A stretch of 64,000 nucleotides of DNA from Bilabrum cf. latius (lineage: Eukaryota), in the NCBI GenBank assembly GCA_965178125.1, contig OZ237748.1:1116001-1180000 (forward strand). Reading direction: 5' to 3'. Below, piece by piece: positions 10,806-22,456 of this stretch. The first letter of the stretch is position 1. Each line of letters begins with the position of its first letter. The notes beneath the pieces were generated by a model that saw only the letters and a list, made by a program, of their open reading frames with translations, was not told the DNA's origin and made no database searches. Both the position numbers and the translations under genes were made by a program.

Positions 10806-11919
10806 TTATCTAGCCCATTTTATAATTAAAACATAAGAATTATCTTTTTTCTTTTTCACATTAAACCCATATAATATCATATCTTCGGATGGATGAATGC
10901 GTCCATGTTCTTCTTCAAAGAATTCATAAAGACCGTATGCATGGGTCATTAATGATAACATTGATGAATCCGTAATTTCAGCCGAAACCTTCTTTTTCTT
11001 ATATCTAAATTCTAATACTATTTTTTTTCCTATTGCAAATAATGAGTTTGTCATTTCTTCTAATTGGGAAGATGTAATATATTTTTTAATCTCTAGCATC
11101 ACTTTAAAACTTGGATTTTTTCCATGATCATAAATTATATCATTATATTATCTGTGTCGTCAAGACATTGGGATTGAGGTCTGTGAGACGGCAGTGAGGG
11201 CTCCGCTGGGGAGGGATAAAGCGGCAGGGTGCAGGCAGGGGGAGGACAGCAGCGACGGAAGGAGGAGGGAAACGGGCCAGGACAGGGCGGGTGGGGTGGG
11301 GGTGGGGGGTGGAGGAGGCGACGGGCAACAGGGGCGAGGTCGGCCGAGGAGGGCAAGGCCGAGGAGAGGAGAAGGATTCCAAGATGAACGGAGGATAGGG
11401 AGGAAGGGAGGCCCTGAGCGCGGTACCAGGCGCGTGGCGGGGACGACGAAGGGGCACTGACAGGCCCGAGCAAGCCAGCGGGCTCGGGAGCGTGGAGGCC
11501 CATCGGGTAGGGAGGGGAAGCGGGCGCAGCCAAGTGGATCCAGACCACGAGGCAGCAGGATTTCTGACGAGGGCTGACACGCAAGGGCGCGGGGGTGACA
11601 GCAGATCAGAATGGGGTTGGAATAGACAGGGAGGCACCGGGGCGAGCCTGGAGGCGCGGACGGTGCAAGAACAGAGGTAACGTGTACATTAGTGACGAGT
11701 GTGGTTTAGCATGCGCGAGACGAGACTGAGCGGTTCAGTCGATTCGGGGCGGACTGTCCCAGGGAAGGGGGGGCATCTTTTCTTTTTTTTATGGAACTAC
11801 TCCAACTGTGGGAGTGGATCCGTGATTTGGCCATTGGGCATGTAGAAGGAGCACTCATTGATTCGCAGCAGAGTTCATTTTTTAAATAAATCATTTATTG
11901 TATTTTGTGTATTTTCCAT
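10806..11919 (-). pseudogene. Viral gene interrupted by a GC-rich insertion
   Basis: Removing 11148-11877 fuses MENTQNTINDLFKK to YNDIIYDHGKNPSFKVMLEIKK... in frame up to TAA at 10806. The N-terminus resembles the neighbouring gene (MENTEKKLNDLLK). Confidence 0.8.
11148..11877. mobile_element. 730-bp GC-rich non-coding insertion of unknown family
   Basis: Sharp compositional boundaries. Precise removal restores a viral ORF. Confidence 0.7.
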
Positions 11920-11958
11920 TTATTATATACTATAAATAGAAAATAATTTTAAATATGT

Positions 11959-12234
11959 TTAATCTAAATAATTTTTGTAAATTTCATATTCGACCCTGCA
12001 CGATCTATATTCGGAACAGTTCATGTTACTATTTATCGCAGTATCTAAATTGAACTCCTCTATTTTAAGTTCATCATCTGTATGTTCATTAAAATCATCG
12101 AATATTTCTTTTTTTACATATTCCAATGCTTTTTTTCGAGTAGAAAAGCATTCACAAATGTGACGATCTTGAATATTTTTATAGTCATCATCATAAAAAG
12201 TAATTTTGGCTAACCAAACAATTTTTTTTACCAT
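11959..12234 (-). CDS. Hypothetical viral protein
   Basis: ATG-TAA ORF with upstream TTTTCTA motif. Confidence 0.6.
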   Translation of the reverse strand: MVKKIVWLAKITFYDDDYKNIQDRHICECFSTRKKALEYVKKEIFDDFNEHTDDELKIEEFNLDTAINSNMNCSEYRSCRVEYEIYKNYLD

Positions 12235-12444
12235 TTATATACTTTAAATAGAAAATAATTTTTAAGCTTATTAATATTTTTTCTCGATTCGTTGGATTCT
12301 TGAGTATGTAGTTTTTAGATGTTTTTTAAAGCCGAGTGCGTATTTATATTTATAGAATACTTGCCTTTTGTACTCATTATCGAGTCCTTTGTAAATAACA
12401 ACGTATTTATATTTATTCATTATATATAGTGTTCGGAAATTAAT

Positions 12445-12708
12445 TTACTCTTGGTGCGTTTGCTTGGACTTTTGTTTTCGTTTTTTATACTGCTCACGAT
12501 ACAGTTTGCGTCTCTCTTCTCTGTGTTTCAAATAGTATTTTCTTTGAGCTAGTCTATTTTGTTCTCGCAATCTGTCTTTCTTTTCCTGTTTAATTTTCTG
12601 GATTTCAATGTCCTTCAATTGTTGCTCTAAATTCTTGTATAAATTATAAGTACCTTCGATTGCTTTCATCTCCTCGATGATTTTTTTGGTCATTTCTTCA
12701 GTGTTCAT
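12445..12708 (-). CDS. Hypothetical basic coiled-coil viral protein
   Basis: ATG-TAA ORF with upstream TTTTCTA motif. Confidence 0.6.
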   Translation of the reverse strand: MNTEEMTKKIIEEMKAIEGTYNLYKNLEQQLKDIEIQKIKQEKKDRLREQNRLAQRKYYLKHREERRKLYREQYKKRKQKSKQTHQE

Positions 12709-12802
12709 ATAATACTATATTAGAAAAAAAACTTTATATAATATAGAATTTTTTTCATATAAGAAAATGGTTTAAAAATATTTTCTTATATTAAAGTATA
12801 AA

Positions 12803-15800
12803 ATGAAAATCGAAGAATTTATTTCGAAATACAATCTTCCATATATGATGCCAGAGTGTACGCGCAACCTAGTCTCGTTAACAATCTCCGCCCCTCTCCT
12901 GAACACAGAGAGGGTATGCGCGTCATCGCAAGCAATCCGTTGGCTTGGTCGCACCTTCCCGGTCGCAACCGCCATCGGAACCCAACGAGACGTTCACGCG
13001 CTCCCACTCTGGCATCAACACCGAACCCCATCCGGCGTTAGGATCAGGAAAGTCACATTGATCAAAAAGAATGGTGAAAAAGTACCTATTGGTGATAGGA
13101 ACAACATGACACTTAATGAGATCAGACAAAATACTGGTTTCTGGAATCCTTGCTTTGAGGGATTCATTAATTTTATTAAATCAAGGGAAGATGTAAAAAA
13201 AAGAATAATCAAGAAATTAAAAATTGACTCCATTGATGAGATCAAGAAAGAGGATGTCATTGAAGTGTATTCTATTTATGTTCAATATACTGATTATACT
13301 ATTATTGATATTGATGATGTAAGATTAAAGGAAGACATTAAAATTGTACCAATAGAAATTCGCCGTAAATTAAAAGATAATTTTTATGACCTCTCAACTG
13401 GTAAAAAATTGCCTCATTACTGGGTGAAGGTCACAAATAAACCAAAGGACTTCTTAGAAAAATACGATCAAATTAAAATATTCAAAGACTTCGATGGGGA
13501 TCTGCTACATGAAAAAAAATGTATTTGGGTCAGGCGTGGAGCTAACATCAAAGGGAATCAATTTAATACTATTGATTGGTCAGTTCTTGAACCACATTGT
13601 CAAATGAAAGATGAGGTCACAGTAAAACCACAACAAAAACGAGGAAAAGGAAGACCTAAAAAAGAAAGAGGGAAATATGAAGAAAATGATGATGTTATAC
13701 CAGAGAAGATTAAGGTTTCGGATTCAACTGATCCACTTGTTTTTTACCTTTCATGCATTCCTAATAATCCTACTAAGTCATTTGATACTTGGTATAAAAT
13801 TGGAGCTATTCTGTATAATGAAGGTGGAACTATTGAACAATGGATAGACTGGACAAACCAGAGTCCAGATTACGGATCAGAAACCAAGGATGATTTAATA
13901 ACAACATGGGAAAGTTTTGGTAAAAGAAGTAAAGGTAGAAAAGCCAATTTAGGGTCATTAATCAAACTAGCTAAAAAATATGTTCCAGATTGTGTCGAAA
14001 TATTTCAGGAAAAGCACATTGATTTTGGAGATTTAAACATAGAGGAGTTTCCAAATGTTGAAATCTATAATAATAAGTTCGTCAAAAAATCTCCTTTGCA
14101 TGAATATGACTACTGGATTGAAAGAAGTCGTATGGGTTCTGGTAAAACTTTCGGCATCAAACAATACCTAAAAGCACATCCAAACAAAAGAGTTCTATTT
14201 TATTCTCCAAGAATTTTGTTCAGCAATAATCTAATTGGTCAATTGAAGGATCTCAAATTTGAGAATTATAAGTCTTGCATGAATGCTGTAGAATCCAAAA
14301 GGTTAATTATGAGTGTTGAAAGTTTGCATAAAATTATGGATGCAAAATATGACCTGCTTATAATAGATGAAGTTGAAACGATTTTAAATGTTTTTAATTC
14401 TCCAACAAATAAAGAGATTAAAAAGAATGTCAATATTTTTGAGAGGCTTGTGAAGTCTACTAAAAAGATCGCATTTATGGATGCATTCCTGTCCAATAAA
14501 ACCCTGCAATTTATTAAAAACATGAAATTAAATGAGTCCAAAACAATAATTAGAATTAACAATAATAAGCCAGTAGCAAGAAAAGCATTGGGAATCCAAG
14601 ATAAAGATATTTTTACAAATAGAGTATTCGATAAATTAAAGCAAAATAAAAAAGTTGTTGTTTTTTCATTTACAAAAAGTTATGCTGACACTTTAGTTGC
14701 TGAGGTACAGGGCTATAATAGAGGAACAGAAAATAAAATAAAATTCAAATACTATTACGGAAATATGCCTGATTCAGTGTACGACGAACGCGTTCCAAAT
14801 TCATACGATTGCTCAAAAGATGATTTATTAAATGTTAAAGAATCATGGTCAGGTATCGATTTATTAATCTATACTCCTACCATTACAGTGGGGGTTAATT
14901 TTGATCTTCCTAATGTGTTTGATTCTTTATTTGTATTCACATCAAATAAATCATGTTGCGTACGAGATGGTATGCAATCGACTATGAGAGTCAGACACCT
15001 CAAGAGCAATAAAATGTATTTTTACTATGATCCAAAACAAAGATTCGGACATGAGGATAAAATCAGATCGAAGGAAATGATTCGTGATGATTTCCACAAA
15101 AGAGGAATGAAAGCATTAGAAATACTTGAAGAGCTAAAAAGAAAAAATAATGTGGATGATATTTCTTTAGAGGAAATTCCACAATGGCTTGAAGATGTGC
15201 TAGTGGATGCAGAATATGAACATATTCAATCCCGAGTATTTTTTATGCCAATCTTTAGAAAATACCTTTCAATGCTAAACTATAAAATTGTAAATTTATG
15301 CTGTGAAAATATTGTGGAAGCAGATCCTTATGGCAAATTCAAAACATCTTATATGTGGGATATGGAAGACAAAGTGCAACTTAAATTTATTCAGAATGCA
15401 ATTTTAAACGAAATGGAGGAGGAATGTAAAGAAATAAATAAATGGCAAATGGAAAGACGTTCTGTTTGGGAAAAGCAAAGAGAAGATTATATGGCAAATA
15501 GAATTCAAGAAATGAAAGAGGAATTACAGAAAAATAAAGAAAGAATTGCAAAAGAAAATTCTTTACTATCTAAAACAGAAGAAGAAAGAAATGACAGTGT
15601 TGATAAAATTACTGAGTATTTCGATTCAATTGCTGAAATCGATGAGGACACTTTTGAAGAGCTAGAGAGACTAAAAAAAGCTGGAGACTTAAATGTGGAA
15701 GATAATAAACTTTATCATGATCCTAACGCCGGATGGGGTTCGGTGTTGATGCCAGAGTGGGAGCGCGTGAACGTCTCGTTGGGTTCCGATGGCGGTTGCG

Positions 15801-18800
15801 ACCGGGAAGGTGCGACCAAGCCAACGGATTGCTTGCGATGACGCGCATACCCTCTCTGTGTTCAGGAGAGGGGCGGAGATTGGGTAATTTTTGAAGAAAG
15901 TTCCTGCTCCGTTCATTTAACATGAACAGCGCCGGTAGCCATCGGATCGACCCGGCGGCGCGCGGGGCAGCAGGCAGCGCCAGGGTGATCGCCGCAGCTG
16001 CAGTGTTCGCTCGCGCGGTAGGCCAACCTGCGGTCACGTTGGCCGATTTAGCTACTCGATATGGTATGAATGATGCTGTGTTCTCGGATTTCATTGCTCG
16101 TCTCAACGTGCAGCGCGACACCATGGCACCTCGCGATCCCGATCTTCAACGTGCACACGATGCGGGGTTCCTGTGCTACTTGCTCGACAGGTACTCATCA
16201 AAGCAGTCCTTCACGGCATCACGGTCCATTAATGCTGTCAAGAGCACCGCTCTCGCCAAGTTCGTGTCAAATGGGACGCTAACGACTCTCGGTGCACGGC
16301 TGCTTCTGCCGGCGTCGCCGAGCTCTCCTCGACGGCAACAGCCTGAGCGACTCGCAGGACAAGTACATCTTCATCCTGTTCAGCAATCTCCAGAGGCTCC
16401 TTCTTCAATCGAGTCTCCATGGTCCCTGAGTTCACTACCGACGGGCCGGCGGACCGCTCCTCTTCGCGGACAGCATCGGCCACCAGGACGCCTCGACTTC
16501 GGCGCCGCCATCCATGCTTCACCTGGACGCGACCGAGCGGCGTAGAGTGCCACCAGGACAAGCCGCGGAATTTCGCCCTTGCGGGCGCGGCCAGGCTCTT
16601 CGACGACGCGGCAGGCCCCGCTCGCGCGCGGCGGGCGGGCCCACCTGCACGAGTCCCCGAACCGAGGGCCCCCGGGGACAGCAGCAGATACCCAGCGCAG
16701 CGCCCAGCCCAACTTCTCAACGTCTTCACCCCCGCGGCACCAACCTCCACCTGCCTCGGGCATGATCCCCGGTAGGCCAGGCACTCGGGACTTCGGCGAT
16801 CCGACAGTGCTCGCGGAGGCGCTCAGCAGTGCAGCATCACGGTCAACGGGCCCGGCAGGCCCCCAGCTTCTTCTTCCTCGTGTGTCTCCGGCTTACGACT
16901 CCCCCGGCGTGACTCCGGGCACCAGCCGCTAGCTCGACGCGGTCTGGGGCCGCCTTCCTGGGGATCTCCAACGGGCAGTGTTGCACTCCACGACGCTGCG
17001 GGGAACGGCCGACCCAGCGACAATTCTGCATCTACGCCTGTTTGCGCTGTGGCACAGCATTCCGACTCTGCGCCAGGAAGAGCTGCTGTCGCACCTCTCC
17101 GCCCACGTGGAATTGCAATGGTACTTCTCGCACCGACTAGCAGCCTCGATGCACTCATCCCCGCCACCGGTCGACGCTACACCCGCTCATCAGCCACCCC
17201 GTGAACCTCCTGTGTCATCTTCTGCCTCACCGCAGCCTGCGTCTTCAATTGACCCAGTTTCACCGGGCGCAGGCACGGCAGTGGACTCCGCGGTCGTTCG
17301 CTCGCAACCAGTGGAGATTTTGTAGCGTGAGGCCTCTGCACCTTCAATCGCTGCAATTCGAATGCAGAATTGGTTTTCTGATGATTTCTTGGCAACGTTG
17401 ACCTCGATCTTTCGCCAATCCGCGTTCATGCCGCGGTTTTGCTAGGCTGACGCGCTTCATTTGGACGCTAGCGGCCGCGATTTCGCTGCAGAACTGGCCC
17501 GTGCCCTGTTTGGTCAGGCCGTGACGAGAGCCAAGATTGAATCGGCTATTTTCTCGTTCACGAGCCGGCTTCATGCAGCTCTGCCGATGAGCAATGCCAG
17601 TTTTGGGAAGTTTGATGCGTCCAACTCGGAGTCGTCTGCTGCAGGCGGACGAGAAAAGTAGGTGCCATCTAGCGAGTTACTATGCACTATTTACTCGGCT
17701 ATTTCCTTTGCTTTAGGCTGTGTGCTCGTGCGCGCTGCTTGCGTGCATTCGCGTCCTTGCCGTCCTGGTTGCCGCAGGGCAGCAGCTCGTGGTCGTGTCC
17801 AGCATCACTAGTGCCCGATTGGAAAACCCTGGGGCAGGTTCGCAATGATTTTCTTCGTTTGGTTAGTGCTTCCGGGGCATCATCTGCATCGGCGTCCCGA
17901 CTAGAGGTGGTGTTTGCCGCTGTGTGTGTGATACCACGCGGAAGTTCAGCCTTTGAGATGCTCTCCTCCCATGCTTGGCGCCATACAGGCGAACGCTGTG
18001 ACGTTGAGATTCGTGACCTTGTTGGGAATGAGATTCCTTCGTGCTCTTCTGGCGACTGCATGCGTCTCCTACAATTGCTGCATCCGTGGGCCACTGAGGC
18101 ATGCAGATCAGGCGAACCTGGCCTCGTGCGCGGACTGCTACAGGGAGTCCAGGCTGACATGCAGGCGCCGTCCCGTCGAGCAGCACTGTCCCGTCACTTC
18201 GACCCCCGCGGGGGCAGTGGAGGCCGGGGCAGTGGAGGCGGGGGCAGTGGAGGCTCCAGGCGCAGCGGGGGTGACAGCGACCAGCCCAGTGCCGATCGTG
18301 GCGGAGGTCGACACCGTCGAGGCCGTGGACGTGGCGGTGCAGGCCAGCAAGGTGGCCAGCACCAGCGTGCGGACCGGCAGGACGGGGGTTCCACCAGGAA
18401 GTCCAAGGAGCCTTCACCTGACCCCCCCCCCACGAGGTACGTCACGTCAGAGCCAGCCCAGCACTCCAACACCAACACTGCCGCAGGGGCGTACGCAGAC
18501 TACCACCACATCGGACGCGTGTGCTGCTTCCACACCACCTGTCACGTCAACGCCCGCGCTTCACCCAGTCCTGGTGGCCCTAGCGCGCCCTAAGCGACCG
18601 CAGCGGCCGCCCACGGCGTCATCCACGAGGCTGCCAGGTAGGACGGACATCTCTCCAGCATTCGTTGACTGGGCATATCCAGCTCCGGATCCAAGCCATG
18701 AGTGGGCAGGGACGACAGCACCCTCCGTAGAGGACTTCATCCAGCGAAAGGACGATCACCAGCGTACCAGAGACTGTCCCGGCGAATTCGTGGAGGCTCC

Positions 18801-21800
18801 AGCTGCGACGTGGGACCGTGAGCGGATCCACCTGAAGGTTCACGAAGACCCGCTGGCATTCACGCCACGCAAGTACTTCGACAAGGTGCCTCGCTAGACT
18901 GCAACACTGCGGACTCGGCGGGAGGTTCTGTTTGGCGGCCGCACACCGAGGAAGGCCCCGTCCCTTGCCGAGTTCAAAGCCCTCCCACGAGTCGAGCGTG
19001 TACTGGCAGCACTGAACTATGGTGGCCCCCTAGCCATCGTGGACGAGGTGCCCAAAGAGCACGATCTAGACTACAAGGACCGTAAGCTGTCTCCGGAAGA
19101 AAAGTGGGAGATCGCCTGCGAGATCGGGCGCTCCATGCGGGCTGGCGAGCGTGACTTCGTGTCACCCAAAGATTTCGACACAGCCCGGGCCCGGCCGCTG
19201 GTGATCCCCAAGAAGGACTCGACAAAGCTACGGTTCCTTCAGGACTCCTCACTCAAGGTGAACGGCCAGCGTACCGGTCTGAACAAGGCCATCGACTACA
19301 GTGCAGCCACGCCTGTGCAGCAGACGAGCAGCATGGACGTGCTGCGCTCGGCAGCCGCAGCAGTTCGATCCTGCCCCAAGCGTGCCAGCGGATACGTCGT
19401 CGACATTTCCTCGTACTTTCGGGTCCTGCCGGTGGCAGTGGAGGATCTCCAATACAACCTGATCAAGCTGCCCGACGGGCGCATCGTGCAAGACTTCAGG
19501 CTCTCTATGGGCAGCTCATCATCTCCCGCGTTCGCAACTACGATCAGTTCGGCTTTGGCCCAAGCCCTCGAGGAGCAGTCCATTGGCAGGGCCATGCGAC
19601 CCGGACGGAGACACAAGCAGAAGCAACGACGCCGGCAGCAGCAGCACGCCAACGCCCAATCCAGCACGACGGACCAGGCGCCCCAGGCGAACTCGTCAGC
19701 AACGTCCACCCCGCCTGCCGCTAGCACGACAACGGGACAGGTCAAGACGGCCCAAGACTAGTCCCGCCATTGGTAGGTCGAAAATGAGGTGTTTGTAGAT
19801 GACTTTGCCTGCCTCGGCGGAGATCACGAAGTCGATGCATGGGCAATTCGAGCCATGGGGCAGCTGGACTCCACAAACTTCCCCGTCAGCATCTCGAAAG
19901 CATTGAAGCAAGGGGCCCCAGCCCCGGTGTTCGAGTACTTGGGCCTCACCTACGACTTGATCAAACACGAGGTGCGGTGCCCTAAGGACAAGGCCACCGA
20001 CGTCCTGCGCAGACTGCACGAGGCACTCACGACGAAGGGGATGCTGCTGTCTAGCTTTGAGACCTTGGTCGGCAAGTTGTCCTTCCTGTCGGGCGCACTT
20101 TATGGTATGCGCGGTGCTCTACGTCCCCTGTATGACGCCAAGGGCTGGGCCCTTCACAAGTAGGCCAGCCGGTCACGACCAGGTGAGGTGTGGGTCCCCA
20201 CCTCCTTCGTGTCCAAGGGTGGCTTCACAGTTGGGGAAATCCTCGAGGGATTCCAGGTGGCTATCCAGCGCAAAGGCGGGCGCAGTTTTCCGATGCGGGG
20301 CACCATTGACTGTCCCATCATTCGCACTGATGCGTCGGTGACAGGCTACGGCGCCGAGCTACTTCTCCACGACACGGACGGAAACATCACATCGCACACC
20401 GGCATCCACGGCACTTGGCCGCATCGCCTAGAGGCGAAGGATGTAGCGGCGGCAGAACTTGCAACATGTTTGTTGGCACTGGCGCATTGGCGACAGCACC
20501 TGCGTGGACGTGTGGTGCGTTTGTGGTGTGATAATGATGCTTCCGTGTAGCTGATACGCTACGGCAGACCCAAGAGCCACATCATGGCAGCCTTACTTCG
20601 CCCTATCTTCGTACTGCAGACAACGCAAGATGTGCAGATTCACGTGAAACACATTCCTGGCGAGGACAACATCGTTGCGGACGCTTTGAGCCGCGGCTCA
20701 CAGGAGGCATACACGCACCTGGACGCGGTGTATCAGGTCGACTGTCCCACGCCGATCTGGAGGACCTTGTACAAGCACGACCATTTCACGCTGGTGGCCA
20801 CTCTGGACTCAGTGGGTTGCGCACGGCGTGGGGGCACTTCGACAACTTCCTCACGTGGTACGACATCGACCGCAGCTTCATGGACGGGCATCTTCCAGCA
20901 GCTCGCAGACTCTTCGCGTTCAGGCTCAATGCAGCGCTCTCGAGATTTGCAGTCTTCTTAGGGGAATGTTCGCCTCTCAGTGGCGGCACCATCGCTACAT
21001 ACACCAGAAATGCCTAGCGAGTCGTCATCGAGTCCACAGGAGCGTGCGGCGTCCCACGGTCAAGCTAGCTCGACAGCATCCTCCGGTACTACCACAAAGC
21101 ATCGCCATCGGCGCACCCGTTGCGTCGATCTTCAGCCCCACTCCGCGCAATCCGACGGTGTTTCTCGACAGCCGGTTGCAGCACAACAGAGTAGGCTGCT
21201 CGGGCAGCTGTCTGTCTCTGCTTCTGTGGGGGCCTCCGGCTGGGAGAGCTCGTCGGTGCGTCCAGACGACAAGCCGGCCTCCAATGGCAGCAAGTGCAGT
21301 TCATCACGCGAGACGGACGCATCCATGGTGTTGCCATCCGCCTGGGCCTCCACAAAGCCGACGGTCCAGCCAAGTTCTCCATCCAAGCCGCAGAGCCCAT
21401 CGCAGTCCATTGCAGAGCCGGACGATGGGCAGTCACAGGCAGCAGGTTCTGCGGCGTGCGAGCCTTCGTGGCGTGGGCAGCAGCGAGCCACGCCCCAACT
21501 GCAGGCGCAGACGAAGACTACGCCCGGTAGCTGGCGCTCAGCTGCCCCACGTCAGGGCCAGTCTTCGTGGCGAACACGAAGCCGATCGTCAAGGCGCAGG
21601 TCGTACGGGCGCTCCGCAGCTTCTGCTCACGAGAAGTTGCAGGAGCGGTGCACGGACATTCCATCCGCATCGCGGCAGTGATGTGTTTGGACCGTGCTGG
21701 GGTCGCCTTCGAGGTCATTAGGCGATTCGGCAGATGGAAGTCGGCATCTGCATGCGAGGTGTACTTGCGGGGCGTCAGGGAAGGCTTGCCTCCTCTGGAG

Positions 21801-22456
21801 CTCGGCGGCAGGAGCCTCGATTTGAACAGGCCAGTGTGGGTGCTGGCCAGCGCGCTGCGGCTGAACTTGGAGTGAGCCACACAGCCGCAGCGTACAAGAC
21901 ATGGCGGTAAGATTTGGCGGAGTAGTGCACGTGCTCTTCCCAGCCCCGGTCAGTCCGGTCAAGGGTAGCGCACAGGCACAGCTTTGTCAGGTCTTGCCAT
22001 GTCTGATTGTTAACGAGACTAGGTTGCGCGTACACTCTGGCATCATGATCCTAACGCCGGATGGGGTTCGGTGTTGATGCCAGAGTGGGAGCGCGTGAAC
22101 GTCTCGTTGGGTTCCGATGGCGGTTGCGACCGGGAAGGTGCGACCAAGCCAACGGATTGCTTGCGATGACGCGCATACCCTCTCTGTGTTCAGGAGAGGG
22201 GCGGAGATTGGGTAATTTTTGCCCACCCTCCCAACCCCCTCCTCCTCGGCGGAGTAGTGCACGTGCTCTTCCCAGCCCCGGTCAGTCCGGTCAAGGGTAG
22301 CGCACAGGCACAGCTTTGTCAGGTCTTGCCATGTCTGATTGTTAACGAGACTAGGTTGCGCGTACACTCTGGCATCATGAAAAAGATATCAAAAGAGCGG
22401 AGGGCAAAGCCCGAGCATCTTGGGAACTTAATTTATTCTTTCTAAGTCTCTTATAA
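12803..22456 (+). CDS. Viral primase-helicase (AEP-like + PriCT-2 + UL9/origin-binding-type SF2 helicase), split by Ngaro copy 2: 12803-15717 joined to 22378-22456
   Basis: IDIDD and STGKKLPHYW (AEP-like); W.KIG.IL......W..W..QSPDY (PriCT-2); MGSGKT, IIDEVE, MDA, TPTITVGVNFD, MQSTMRVR (SF2). Removing the retroelement gives ..KLYHEKDIKRAEG.. in frame to TAA at 22454-22456. Confidence 0.82.
12846..13046 (-). mobile_element. 201-bp miniature Ngaro derivative (A start fused to B end)
   Basis: Reverse complement reads TGATCCTAAC...GGCGGAGATTG/TTAACGAGAC...GGCATCA, carrying both exact element termini joined at a GATTG microhomology. Confidence 0.93.
15922..21681 (+). CDS. Gag-like/RT/RNase H polyprotein of copy 2 (TAG read-through; frameshifted near 17750 and 18425)
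   Basis: Track ORFs 15922, 16579, 16978 and 17461 are one frame separated only by TAG. Relative to copy 1 there is a 4-bp deletion near 17750 and +1 in a C run near 18425. RT and RNase H are as in copy 1. Confidence 0.75.
20817..21875 (+). CDS. Tyrosine recombinase of copy 2
   Basis: Same sequence and same four TAG positions as 3089-4147. Confidence 0.87.

Larger units (their letters stand above)
15718..22377 (+). mobile_element. Ngaro retrotransposon copy 2, complete (6660 bp): A1-ORFs-B1-A2-B2
   Basis: A1 15718-15893, B1 21916-22045, A2 22046-22221, B2 22248-22377. Flanks rejoin to restore the viral helicase frame with no target-site duplication. Confidence 0.95.

Noticed and set aside
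15718-15841. C-terminus of the 1012-aa track ORF
   Set aside because: It is read-through into the Ngaro A1 repeat; the native end lies at 22378-22456.
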